A stretch of 64,000 bases of DNA from assembly GCA_039028615.1 (NCBI GenBank), contig JBCCHT010000001.1, positions 1-64,000 on the forward strand. The letters are read 5' to 3'. Below, in pieces: positions 31,697 to 41,379 of this stretch. The translations under genes and the position numbers were made by a program. This stretch comes from Myxococcota bacterium (GTDB taxonomy: Bacteria > Myxococcota_A > Polyangia > Nannocystales > Nannocystaceae). The notes beneath the pieces were generated by a model. The model was given only the letters and a program-made list of their open reading frames with translations, had not been told where the DNA came from and did not search any database. The first letter of the stretch is position 1. Each line of letters starts with the position of its first letter.

Positions 31697-32203
31697 CTAG
31701 AGCTGGTGGGTCCGATACATCAGGACCGCGGTCGGTTGCTCGTTGTTGCGCACCCAGGCGCGCTCGCCCTTGTCGACGGCGACCACGATCGAGTCGACCT
31801 CCTTGGGGTGCATCTCGTCCAGCGGGATGACACTGCCGCCCGGGCCGTGAAGATCGCCGTCGGCGAAGTCGGCGAAGCCGAGGTAGCAGCCGGGGCCATA
31901 GGAGAAGAAGTCCTCGATGAGGGGGACGGAGACGTAGCTGCTACGGGAGACGGGCAGATCCAGCTGGAGGTCGCCGGGGAGATTGGATAGGGGGTCGAGG
32001 TCTTCGGCGCGGGCGACGATGACGAGGCTGGGGTCGTTGAACGCCCAGACGTTGCACGTGGGGCAGTCGCAGTCGGGGGCGCCGAAGATGTCGGGGTCGC
32101 CGGCGGCGCGCCATTCGTCTTCGAATTCGGGGGAGTCGGAGTCTTCGGCGCAGGCGGATAGGGGGAGGGTGATGGATAGGGTGAGAATGAGACGATGGAG
32201 CAT
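31697..32203 (-). CDS. Hypothetical lipoprotein
   Basis: Lipobox LSA-C; the 5' half nearly lacks G-ending codons. Confidence 0.75.
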   Translation of the reverse strand: MLHRLILTLSITLPLSACAEDSDSPEFEDEWRAAGDPDIFGAPDCDCPTCNVWAFNDPSLVIVARAEDLDPLSNLPGDLQLDLPVSRSSYVSVPLIEDFFSYGPGCYLGFADFADGDLHGPGGSVIPLDEMHPKEVDSIVVAVDKGERAWVRNNEQPTAVLMYRTHQL

Positions 32204-32317
32204 GGTGGGCGTTCCGGGTGTGGGCTGGGGGCGGGTAATTGGTATTTGGGGTGGTGGGGGGGAGAACTGACGGGGGGGTTGGCTGGTGGGCCGGATTGCG
32301 GCTCGGGGGAGTTGGGG

Positions 32318-32412
32318 TTCGATGAGCGGGGGGTCGAGCGGGAATGCGGCAGGGAGTGGGCTTCGATGAGCGGGGGGTCGAGCGGGAATGCAGCGGGGAG
32401 TGAGCTTCGATG
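32318..32412 (+). repeat. 44-bp tandem repeat abutting the left end of element copy A
   Basis: TTCGATGAGCGGGGGGTCGAGCGGGAATGC units at 32318 and 32362; third TTCGATG at 32406. Confidence 0.9.
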
Positions 32413-32417
32413 GGGGC

Positions 32418-32571
32418 GCCTGTTCGCGGGATTCGGGTTCCGTCCGTGCTCAGACAGTGGTTTCACGCCTCGTGGCAGCGTACGTACGCGGGGGCAACCG
32501 AGGACTCCGATTGGTTGTCGGCAGGCGCTACCAAAACTGCGCGCGCACGGAACCCGAACCCCACGAGCGGC
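32418..32571 (+). repeat. Structured dispersed repeat, copy A (forward)
   Basis: GCCTGTTCG...TGCTCAGACAGTGGTTTCACGCC...AGGCGCTACCAAAACTGCGCG...CGAGCGGC; 12-bp perfect stem 32432-32443/32547-32558; aligns gap-free to copy B over 32401-32579. Confidence 0.95.
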
Positions 32572-32847
32572 GCGTCTTCGCATTGGCGGGCTCGAGCGTT
32601 TCGGAGATGGGCGGATGTTCCTCTGGGCGCGGTGCGGCGACTTCGATCCTTGCTCGTGGCGGCTCTTCGCATTGGCCGGGTGGAGCGTTTCGGAGATACG
32701 CGAAGGTCCTTCCGGGTGCGGTGGGGTGACGTTGGTCCTCACCTGCGGCGCGTCTTTGCATGAGCGGGTGGAGCGTTTCGGGGATGCGCGGGTCCTCACC
32801 TGCGGCGCGTCTTTGCATGAGCGGGTGGAGCGTTTCGGGGATGCGCG
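32567..32847 (+). repeat. Tandem units abutting the right end of copy A
   Basis: Two identical 57-bp units at 32734 and 32791; diverged copies near 32567 and 32658 (TCTTCGCATTGG...GAGCGTTTCGGAGAT). Confidence 0.9.
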
Positions 32848-33160
32848 GGGGTCCCTCGGGGGGCGGTGGGGTCGAACCACGGGTGGACGGAACCTGGGCC
32901 GAGGGGGCGGAGGTTTGGGGGTATGGGGTGGTGGGGTTGGGTTAGGTAGACACGGTTGTGTCGGTGATCAGTTTCGGGGACGTGCGACTATGAGGCGAAG
33001 AGGGCGATGTTGCGCGGGCCCTTTTGTGCCGGGATCGGAGTTGGTCTGGGGACACGTTTGCGAGCGTGTGGTGAGGGGGCCGTCGACGCGAGGTTGCCGA
33101 GTGCTGCTGCGTACTCGGTGGGCGTGCGGATTGGCGCTTGGGCGTCGTCGAGGATGGGCG

Positions 33161-35524
33161 TTAGTCGATGTGGGTGCGGTCGCCGACTTTGGTGAAGGTG
33201 AGTTCTTCGGCGGTGTCGGCCTGGGTGACGGTGAGGTGGGTGCCGTCGTAGTCGATTTGTGGGAGGGGGTCGCCGGCTCGGAAGGGGATGAGGGCGATGC
33301 GGAAGTCGGGGGCTACGGTCTGGGAGCGCTCGACGAGGAAGCGGCGGTGGGTGTGGGGGACGCCGGAGCTGGCGGTGAGGTCGGCGTCTTCGAGGGCGAT
33401 GGGGAGGGTGTCTCCGTCGGCGCTCAGCACTTCGACGAGCAGGCGGGGAGTGCCCGGGTCGGTGTCTTGCTCGTGGCGCAGGATGGCTCGCGTGGCGGTG
33501 GCGTCGGGCTCGAGGACCATGGTCAGCTGATTCCATGGGTAGGCGCCGCGCGTGTTGAAGATCCACTGATAGGTGTGGGGCTGGTCGTCCTTTTGGATGT
33601 CGTCGGCGATCACGACGAAGGGGTGCGGACCACGGACGAGGGCGACGGTGCGGTAGGCGAACAGGACGGGGTTGTAGTCGCGGGCGTCGACGGGTCCGGC
33701 GTGGTGCTCGGCGAGGTAGGCGGGGTCGTGCAGGAAATCTGCCCAGGTGAGGCCGGTGTCGGGCAATCGCTCTCCGCGGGGGCGGGCGAGGCTATAGGCC
33801 GCGGTGGCATCACCCGCCGCGACGAAGAGGTCTCCGTCGTCGCGAAGCTCGACGAGCTGCGCCGGCATCGGGGGCCACAGCTGAACCTCGTCGGTCGAGG
33901 TGCCCGACTGGCCGATGCCGTCGATCAACACCGTGCTGTGGAGGTCGTTGAACTCCATGTGGTAGCCGGGATCGAAGACCCAGCGGCGCCCGAGCGCGGC
34001 CATGGTGAAGCCGTTGCGATCGGCGTGGATGTGCCCGAGGTCCCACAGGTCGCTCCGGGCGTCGAAGTCGAGGCGTAGGGCGTCCGGGCCCCAGTCCGAG
34101 CGGGCGTATGCGTAGCCCTTGAGCGGGCTGTACAGGGTCAGCGGGAGCTCGAGCTCGGTCGCGATCGACTCCGGGCTCGGCGATACGGGCAATGGCTCGA
34201 CCCCGAACATCGCCTCCATCAACGGGATGCGATCCTGTCGGCCGTGGGCTCGATTCTCGCGCGTCACGTAGTCCGCGAGCGCGTCCTCCGGCCAGGCGTA
34301 CTTGATGATCGTGTAGAAGCTGCTCGCCCCGGTGCCGGTCGCCCACCCTCCCCCGTCGGCGTGGCCGAACACCTGCCCCTCGCCCCACGGCGCCATCTCT
34401 CGCAGCGCGTAGTGCAGCGAGCGATAAAAGTGCGTGGTCTCGAACAGGTTCACCCCTCGGCGGGCGGTGGCCAGCATCGACATCGCGCCCCAGTGCATGC
34501 CGAACGCGTAGTACGCCAGCCCCTCGTGCGGCATCCCGCTCGACGTGACCCCATACGCCGACGAGAAAAGGTCGAGCTTGTCCACGTTGCTCTCGTAGAC
34601 CTCCGGGTCGTAGCCCTCCTCCCCTTCGATGGCCAACGCCGCGATCACGATGTGGTCGTGATGAGTCCGCCAGTTCGTCGACACCGCGGCCGCCGACATG
34701 CCCACGCCGTACGCCTGGCGCCCGGTCGTCATCCGCGACAGCAGTCCCCGCACCGCAGCGCGATCGGCCGGTTCCATGTACGGGTGCAGGAAGTCGTAGG
34801 CCAACCCCAGGTCCGCGTTCGCGTCGTGTGCCAGAGCGTTCCCGAGGTCGGGCTCGTAGATCGCATCGTGAGCGGCCGCCACGGCCCCGAGTGCGCGCGC
34901 CAGCTCTACACCGCGGGCCTCGTCTTCCTCGATCAGCGCCACCCACCCGGCGGCTGCCAGCGCGCCGTACAGTCCCGCGGTTCCGGTGCCGTAGATCCCG
35001 ACATTGCCCGTGCCCAGCAGCTCGTCCGACGGCGCGTTCAAGCCTCCCACCAGGGCGAGCTGATAGGCGCCGCCGATCTCGCTGCTCGGATCATCGAGCG
35101 TCTCGCTCGAGCGCGCCCGCAGACGCTCCATGCCGACCCAAGCCACGCTTCCCTCGTCCTGCGCGGCGGCTCGGCGCTCGGGCAGATCCTCGGGGCTCAG
35201 CAAGATGCGCGGATGCACTCCGGGGGCCGGGACCTCGCTGAAGGGCCGGGTCCTCGGGGTCTCGAGGTTCTCGCCGTTGATCCAGACCCCGGAGGGCTCC
35301 TCCCCTCCCGTGGTGTCGCCCGTGTCGTCGGCGGTGCCGTCGAGTCCTTCTCCCGAGCTGCCTGTCTCGACCCCTGATGCGTCCGAGCCTGCGTGGCTGG
35401 TCGCGTCACCGGTCGGGGCCGTGTCCGTCTCGCCGGTTCCGGCCGAGCCTCCTCCTCCGCTTCCAGAGCAAGCGGTGCTGAGCCCGAGGATCAGGACGAC
35501 GACGGAACGCTCGATACCACCCAC
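33161..35524 (-). CDS. Heparinase II/III-like polysaccharide lyase lipoprotein
   Basis: Lipobox STA-C; HPRILL, helical domain with NW and EGLAY; GHIHADRNGF...DPG...HSTVLIDG. Confidence 0.8.
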   Translation of the reverse strand: MGGIERSVVVLILGLSTACSGSGGGGSAGTGETDTAPTGDATSHAGSDASGVETGSSGEGLDGTADDTGDTTGGEEPSGVWINGENLETPRTRPFSEVPAPGVHPRILLSPEDLPERRAAAQDEGSVAWVGMERLRARSSETLDDPSSEIGGAYQLALVGGLNAPSDELLGTGNVGIYGTGTAGLYGALAAAGWVALIEEDEARGVELARALGAVAAAHDAIYEPDLGNALAHDANADLGLAYDFLHPYMEPADRAAVRGLLSRMTTGRQAYGVGMSAAAVSTNWRTHHDHIVIAALAIEGEEGYDPEVYESNVDKLDLFSSAYGVTSSGMPHEGLAYYAFGMHWGAMSMLATARRGVNLFETTHFYRSLHYALREMAPWGEGQVFGHADGGGWATGTGASSFYTIIKYAWPEDALADYVTRENRAHGRQDRIPLMEAMFGVEPLPVSPSPESIATELELPLTLYSPLKGYAYARSDWGPDALRLDFDARSDLWDLGHIHADRNGFTMAALGRRWVFDPGYHMEFNDLHSTVLIDGIGQSGTSTDEVQLWPPMPAQLVELRDDGDLFVAAGDATAAYSLARPRGERLPDTGLTWADFLHDPAYLAEHHAGPVDARDYNPVLFAYRTVALVRGPHPFVVIADDIQKDDQPHTYQWIFNTRGAYPWNQLTMVLEPDATATRAILRHEQDTDPGTPRLLVEVLSADGDTLPIALEDADLTASSGVPHTHRRFLVERSQTVAPDFRIALIPFRAGDPLPQIDYDGTHLTVTQADTAEELTFTKVGDRTHID

Positions 35525-35712
35525 AACGCGCGGAACGTATCACGCGGTCAGTGGGCGGAATCGGGGAGTTGTGCCCCGGTTTGGATGCGGGCAGCAACTG
35601 CGAACAACTCGTCGGGGTAACGGCGTGGCGGTGTTGGGTTGGGGGGGTGCAGCTGGTCGTTGGATGGGGGTTTGTTTCGAGGTTGGCGAGCGGATTGAGC
35701 TTCGATGGAGGC

Positions 35713-35866
35713 GCCTGTTCGCGGGATTCGGGTTCCGTCCGTGCTCAAACAGTGGTTTCACGCCCAGCGACAGCGTACGTACGCGGGGGCGATCGAGGAC
35801 TCCGAATGGGTGTGGGGAGGCGCTACCAAAACTGCGCGCGCACGGAACCCGAACCCCACGAGCGGC
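35713..35866 (+). repeat. Structured dispersed repeat, copy B (forward)
   Basis: Same core as A; similarity to copy C extends left to 35679. Confidence 0.95.
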
Positions 35867-35984
35867 GCGTCTTCCTCGAATGGGGCCGGGCCTTCGAAGT
35901 CGCGCTCTGCTGGAGCGTGGTTTGGAGGCGAAGAGCAGGACGCGGCTCTACGGCGGATTGGAGGGCCGGTTGGAGGGGCTGAGT

Positions 35985-36350
35985 CTATGGGTGGGGTGTG
36001 AATGCGGGTTGGCAGGTGCTGTCGTCCGGAGACGATTGCGCTGCGGATTCCGTGCTCGAAGGGAACGGTTGAGACTCTCGCGGGGCGAGGTCATCGAGTC
36101 CGGGTGCGGATGAGGGTGTTGTCGTGTCCAGCGGTGTTGCGCGTGTGGGGGCACTGGAGGGCGGCACATCGTCGGGGGCCGTGATTCGTTCGCCCGACAC
36201 GACCCCGACCGGAAGGGCCTCGATCCCGGTCGGCGCGCGTACGTCAGGGTGCCTTTTTCCCCGGCACGGCTGCGCCCACAAGATCGATCCAACAACCACA
36301 ACCGCCGACAGCGTGAGTTCGATGTCCAGGTTCAGAGGCCGGCTCGGCAT
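35985..36350 (-). CDS. Possible small membrane-anchored protein between inverted copies B and C
   Basis: ATG, hydrophobic LTLSAVVVVGSILW, Pro/Ser/Thr tail; could be degenerate or spurious. Confidence 0.4.
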   Translation of the reverse strand: MPSRPLNLDIELTLSAVVVVGSILWAQPCRGKRHPDVRAPTGIEALPVGVVSGERITAPDDVPPSSAPTRATPLDTTTPSSAPGLDDLAPRESQPFPSSTESAAQSSPDDSTCQPAFTPHP

Positions 36351-36584
36351 CGGCACCCGCTCCCCCCGTGACCTCGTTTTTCGCCCCATGGCCCACGTCC
36401 GACCCGACCTCGCCCCACGCTATTCCACCCATCTGAAGACCCCCCGGTCCCCCCCTTCCAATCAACCCACCGCCTCGTCCTCCATCAGTCCCCCGTTGGA
36501 CATCTACAAAACGAACCATCGAGCGACAACAAAGCCCCACTCAATCGCAACGTCGAAAGCCCCGAGCCAGTCGAGCATCGAAGC

Positions 36585-36740
36585 GCCGCTCGTGGGGGTC
36601 GGGGTTCCGTGCGCGCGCAGTTTTGGTAGCGCCTCCCCACACCCACTCGGAGCCCTCGATCGCCCCCGCGCACGTACGCTGCCGCTGGGCGTGAAACCAC
36701 TGTTTGAGCACGGACGGAACCCCGACTCCCGCGAACAGGC
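36585..36740 (-). repeat. Structured dispersed repeat, copy C (reverse)
   Basis: Reverse complement of B; stem GTCGGGGTTCCGT/ACGGAACCCCGAC has a compensatory change and one extra pair; homology to B reaches 36774, 8 bp past the permease stop codon. Confidence 0.95.
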
Positions 36741-36782
36741 GCCTCCATCGAAGCTCAACCCGCTCGCCAACCTCAGACAGAC

Positions 36783-38225
36783 TCACCGCTGCAACGAAGC
36801 CAACATCCGCACCCGAGCCGCCATCATCGCCACCGGCCCACTCGCCAACCCACAAAGCACCACCGCCACCACCGCCGGCCCCAACGCATCCACCGCCCGC
36901 ACCACCACCGGCAAGTGATCGATCGGATAGATATCCCCCCCAAGCGGATACCGAAACGCATCGATGACGAGGCAATAAAGCCCCCCCAACGCCAACCCAA
37001 ACACCGCCCCGACCAGGCCAGCAAACAACCCCACCGCCTCGAAGACCCAAAACACGAGCCCCCGAGCCCCCCCCATCGCCATCAACACCGCGATGCCGTG
37101 CTTCTTGCGTCGCACCAGCAACAACAAGCTGGCGATCAAAGAGGACGCCGCCACCACCACCATGAGCCCCAGCACCAGCGACAAGGTCGCCCGAATCTGC
37201 TGCAGCCCGATCAGCATGGGCGAGTTGGTCTCCCGCCAGGTGCTGAAGCGATAGATCTGGGGAAGCGAGGCCGCCATGTCATCGGCGACCGCTTCGGCCA
37301 GCTCGGGGTCGGTCAGCTCGAACTCGATCCCCGTCACCCGGGCTTCTTGGAAGAACAGCGCCTGCGCGGCCGAGATGTGCATGAGCGCGAGGTTGCGATC
37401 GAGCTCGCTGGTCCCCGTCTGCAGGGTGTCGAGCACCTCGAAGGGAGCATGGCGAGGCGGCCCGCCCTCGCCCCCGACTTCGGCGGGGACGACCACGCGC
37501 ACGATGGAACCGACCTCGGCCCGCAGCCGCGCGGCCAAGCCCTTGCCCAAGATGATGCCGGGCAGGTGCCGCGTATCCCCGGGGCGCAGGGCGTTGGGAT
37601 CGCCCCCGCCCAGGACGGAGGAAAAGCCCTCGAGGTCGGCGGCCCGCTTCGGATCGATGCCCTTGCCGATCACGATGGCGGGCGCGACGGGAGGCAGGTC
37701 TTGGTCGGCCTCGGCCTCCTGCTCCTCTTCGCTGAGCTCGTGCACCACCGCGACCATCGAGTAGGCGAAGGGCGAGGCCGCCGTGACCTCGGGGCGAGCG
37801 AGCCACTGGTCGGCGATGCGGTCGTACTCGAAGAAGTCGAGCCCGTACTTGGTGAGCAGGACGTGCCCGTTGAGCCGGGCGAGCGCGCGGGTGATCTCGA
37901 GCTGGAAGCCGGTGGTGACCGACAGTGCGGTCATGAGGCTGGAGCAGGCCAAGGCCACCCCGACCACGGACACCGCCATGGCGGGGTTGAACAGCCGCAG
38001 GCACATGCCCACGACCAAGAGCATGCTGGAGATGCCCAGGCCCGCGACGAGCACCAGCTGGTGCACGCCGAAGAGCATGGGGACGCCGCAGGCCAAGGCG
38101 ACGAGGAGCGAGCCGTAGAGCAGACGCTGGGCGCTGCGGCCCGGCGGGCGCTCGCGAAGCATCAAGCGTGCGGCGACCAAGCGCACCACGGGCCAGCGCG
38201 TCAGGCTTTTGCGCGGGCCGGCCAT
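36783..38225 (-). CDS. LolC/E-type ABC permease (FtsX/MacB family)
   Basis: SVTTGFQ, periplasmic domain with GIILGKGLA, WRETN, IAVLMAMG, IYPIDHLPV. Confidence 0.9.
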   Translation of the reverse strand: MAGPRKSLTRWPVVRLVAARLMLRERPPGRSAQRLLYGSLLVALACGVPMLFGVHQLVLVAGLGISSMLLVVGMCLRLFNPAMAVSVVGVALACSSLMTALSVTTGFQLEITRALARLNGHVLLTKYGLDFFEYDRIADQWLARPEVTAASPFAYSMVAVVHELSEEEQEAEADQDLPPVAPAIVIGKGIDPKRAADLEGFSSVLGGGDPNALRPGDTRHLPGIILGKGLAARLRAEVGSIVRVVVPAEVGGEGGPPRHAPFEVLDTLQTGTSELDRNLALMHISAAQALFFQEARVTGIEFELTDPELAEAVADDMAASLPQIYRFSTWRETNSPMLIGLQQIRATLSLVLGLMVVVAASSLIASLLLLVRRKKHGIAVLMAMGGARGLVFWVFEAVGLFAGLVGAVFGLALGGLYCLVIDAFRYPLGGDIYPIDHLPVVVRAVDALGPAVVAVVLCGLASGPVAMMAARVRMLASLQR

Positions 38226-38226
38226 C

Positions 38227-40086
38227 TCACTCGTAGCGAAGGCCCTCGACCGGCCGCAGCTTGGCCGCGCGCAGCGAGGGAGGAAGGGTGGCCACGAAGC
38301 TGATGCCCATGGTCAAGACCAGCACGGCGCCGATCTGCACGAGGCTCATCTCCACCGGGAGCTGCTCGATGAAGTAGACCTCGGGATCGAGGGTGTAGCC
38401 GTACAGCTCCACGAGCCAGCACAGCACCCAGCCGAACAAGACGCCGGCCACGCTGCCCACGGCACCGATGGTCATGCCGGCGAACTGGAAGATACGCGCC
38501 ACGCCGCCCTCGCTGGCCCCCATGGTGCTGAGGATGGCGATCTCGGGGGTGCGACGCACGACCATGGTCCACAGCGCGGCCAAGACGTTGAAGCCCGCCA
38601 CCGTGCTCACCAGGCTGAGGATGATGGTGAGGATCGACTTCTGGGTCCGAATGGACTGGAAGAGGTTGGCGTTGAGCGTCTGCCACTCGAGGATGGAGTA
38701 CTCCTCGCGGCCGATGGTGTGCCCCAGCGTCCGCTCGATGGCGGGCGCCTCGTAGGGATCCTCGAGGCGCATGTCGACGCCAGAGACGGTGTCCTTGCCC
38801 CGGTACTTGAAGTACTGGAGTTCCTTGATGTGCACGTAGACGAGGCGAGTGTCGTACTCCTGGAACCCGGCTCGGAACACGCCCGCGACGCGGTAGTGAC
38901 GGAACTCGGGCGCTTCGGTGGTATCGAAGGTCGCTCCCGGGTCCACGAGCATCACCACGTCGCCCCGCGACAGCTCGAGCTCGCGGGCGAGGGTGATGCC
39001 CACGAACATGGTGGGCAGATCGTCCGGGTCGGTGCTCTCGGCAGACTCTTTGCCGGTCAGCTCGAGCGGCCACTCGTCTTCATCGAGCGCGACGACGCGA
39101 CGTCGGCCGTACTTGAGGTGATCGGGCTGGGTCCGATACTCCCGCAGCGCCTCCTCGTACCACTTGGGACCGCGAGGATCGGGGGTCTCGGCCACGGCGG
39201 GCGGCAGGCGGTCGTCGTCGCGATCCTTGATGGGCTGAAGGACCAGCTCGCTGGTGAGGTCTTCGATCTGCACCGAGTCGTCCCCACCGCCCACGCGCAG
39301 GTGCGAGGTGAGGTCGATGACCTGGTCGGCGGTCTCGGGCTGGATGCCCTTGACCAGCACGCTGGCGCGGCGAATGTCGCCCTCGCGCTTGCCCTCGGGA
39401 TCGACGGGCGCGAGCGCCATCGCGTAGTAGACGAAGGGACTGGCCCCGACCACGCCGGGCAAGGTGCGGAGATAGGACTCGAAGCGACGGTACTCGGAGA
39501 TGCCGAAGGAGCGCGTCACGTTGATGTGGGCGTAGACCCCGAGCACGCGGCGCTCGAACTCGTGCTGAAAACCGGTGGCCACCGACTGCACGACGATGAG
39601 GGCCGCCACGCCGATGGCGATGCCCACGATGCTCAAGGTCGCGAACACGGCGAAGTGCCGCGCCAGCACGGCGACCATGATGGTGCCGGTCGACAACGCG
39701 ACGACCATGGCCACGGGGGCGGATCGCACTCCCATCGAGAGCGCAGCGATGCCGGCCAACGACAAGAGGAATGCGACGAGCACGACGCCGCCCACCCGCG
39801 GACGGGTTCCCGGTCTCCTCAAGATCCGAAGACCGGCGACGCGCTCGTAGCCGGAAAATCCGGTGATCACCCACCACACCACCAGGCCGAGGGCGGCGAG
39901 CAGGCCGACCCCGACGATGTAGACGACCCATGCGGGCGGGGCCGGGTACACCACCACCGAGGCCACCCAGGCCAAGGGTGCCAGGATGACCACCAGCGCC
40001 ATGGTGACCAGGACCCAGTGACCGCGAGGCTCGAAGGGACGAGCGGGGCGGAGCGCCACGGAACGCGTTTGCACGGGGTTGCTCAC
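38227..40086 (-). CDS. LolC/E-type ABC permease with extra N-terminal TM helices
   Basis: GIAIGVAALIVVQSVATGF, WQTLNANLF, EIAILSTMGA, PSLRAAKLRPVEGLRYE. Confidence 0.92.
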   Translation of the reverse strand: MSNPVQTRSVALRPARPFEPRGHWVLVTMALVVILAPLAWVASVVVYPAPPAWVVYIVGVGLLAALGLVVWWVITGFSGYERVAGLRILRRPGTRPRVGGVVLVAFLLSLAGIAALSMGVRSAPVAMVVALSTGTIMVAVLARHFAVFATLSIVGIAIGVAALIVVQSVATGFQHEFERRVLGVYAHINVTRSFGISEYRRFESYLRTLPGVVGASPFVYYAMALAPVDPEGKREGDIRRASVLVKGIQPETADQVIDLTSHLRVGGGDDSVQIEDLTSELVLQPIKDRDDDRLPPAVAETPDPRGPKWYEEALREYRTQPDHLKYGRRRVVALDEDEWPLELTGKESAESTDPDDLPTMFVGITLARELELSRGDVVMLVDPGATFDTTEAPEFRHYRVAGVFRAGFQEYDTRLVYVHIKELQYFKYRGKDTVSGVDMRLEDPYEAPAIERTLGHTIGREEYSILEWQTLNANLFQSIRTQKSILTIILSLVSTVAGFNVLAALWTMVVRRTPEIAILSTMGASEGGVARIFQFAGMTIGAVGSVAGVLFGWVLCWLVELYGYTLDPEVYFIEQLPVEMSLVQIGAVLVLTMGISFVATLPPSLRAAKLRPVEGLRYE

Positions 40087-40380
40087 CAGGCCTTCACGAA
40101 TCGGGGCGGACCGTAGCAACGCCGCTCGACGTCGAGCAACGGCCTAAATGCCGAGCCACGGCGTATTTGTCCCCGGGTGACGTCATGGAAGTAGGGCCTT
40201 TGCTCCCGGTTCATGCGACGATGTACGGCACCGAGATTCGACCGGCGGGCTCGGCGGCGGTCCCTTCGCCAAAACCATCCGCAATCTTTAGCGATCTCGA
40301 TGAACGCTAGACATCCGAATCCTTGACACGCTACGTCGGCGCAAGATACGCTCCGCCGGCCGACCAAGCTCGGAGCCTGT

Positions 40381-41364
40381 ATGCATCGACGGTTAGTGCA
40401 TCTTCTGGCCTTCGCCGCCGTCGGGCTAGCGCTGTGGCCGACCACTGCCCAGGCGGGGAAATACGACCTCGACCTGACCCCTCTCGGCTCTTTGCAGCCG
40501 CAGGACGGAAATATCGTGATTGTCCAAGACAACGCGGCATTCCGAAGCCTGTCGTCCGAGTTGGGGGCCGTGATCGCGCCGCAACCCGTAGATCCAGCGG
40601 ATACGCTGGGCCTTTCCGGGTTTGCGCTGTCCGCCGACGTCTCCATCAACACGATCTCGGCCAGCCAGGACTACTGGCAGTCGACCACCGCTGGCGCAGA
40701 CACCGCGGTTCCATCGCTGCAGATCATGGGCCGCAAGGGCCTGTGGCCTGGCATCGAAGTCGGCGCCGGTGCGACGCATGTCTTCGACAGCCGCATGTGG
40801 GCGCTGACCGGCTACGGCAAGATCGCGTTCCACGAAGGCTTCCACCACCTCCCGATCCCGTCCATCGCGATCCGCGGCAGCTTCTCGAGGCTGCTGGGCG
40901 CCAAGGACTTCAACATGACCACGGCCGCCCCGGCCGTGACCATCTCGCACCTGTTCGGGCTCGGGAAGAGCTTCAGCCTCACGCCGTACCTCGGCTACGA
41001 GGCGCTGTTCATCATCTCCCGCTCGCAGGTGCTCAACGCGAACCCCTCGTGCGACGAGTTCCCCGACGCCTTCAACGAAGACGCGGCGGCCTGCGACGTC
41101 GACACCGGCATGACGGATCCCGATTCGGGCGATCCGGTCATCATCAACAAGCCGGCGAGCGAGTTCGTGTTCCAAAACGGCGGCGCAATCATTCGTCACC
41201 GACCCCACGTGGGTGTTCGTCTGATCTTCAGCGTCATCCGCCTCGGCTTCGAAGCGATGTTCGTTCCGGGCGGTAACTCCGAAGGCTCGATCAACGGCGA
41301 GACAGTCACCGACGGTTCTGGCCTCCAGCAGCAATACACCGTGTCGGTCGGTCTCGACTTCTAA
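40381..41364 (+). CDS. Putative outer-membrane beta-barrel protein
   Basis: Signal peptide AQA, amphipathic strands, C-terminal YTVSVGLDF. Confidence 0.75.
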   Translation: MHRRLVHLLAFAAVGLALWPTTAQAGKYDLDLTPLGSLQPQDGNIVIVQDNAAFRSLSSELGAVIAPQPVDPADTLGLSGFALSADVSINTISASQDYWQSTTAGADTAVPSLQIMGRKGLWPGIEVGAGATHVFDSRMWALTGYGKIAFHEGFHHLPIPSIAIRGSFSRLLGAKDFNMTTAAPAVTISHLFGLGKSFSLTPYLGYEALFIISRSQVLNANPSCDEFPDAFNEDAAACDVDTGMTDPDSGDPVIINKPASEFVFQNGGAIIRHRPHVGVRLIFSVIRLGFEAMFVPGGNSEGSINGETVTDGSGLQQQYTVSVGLDF

Positions 41365-41379
41365 CGGTTCTCATCCTCG

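Noticed and set aside
32318..32847. Possible CRISPR array
   Set aside because: Units are head-to-tail or irregularly spaced, with no constant repeat-unique spacer pattern and no cas genes
32195..34078. ORFs through the repeat copies sharing peptides such as RPCSNSGFTP and RYQNCA (also 35130-36113, 36504-36770, 48924-49400, 49804-50187)
   Set aside because: The shared peptides come from translating the DNA repeat; the frame linking the two blocks differs between A/B/C and D/E, and the changes preserve pairing, not codons
32418..35866. Integron attC cassette array
   Set aside because: No integrase, mixed orientations, and copies A and B are hundreds of bp from gene ends
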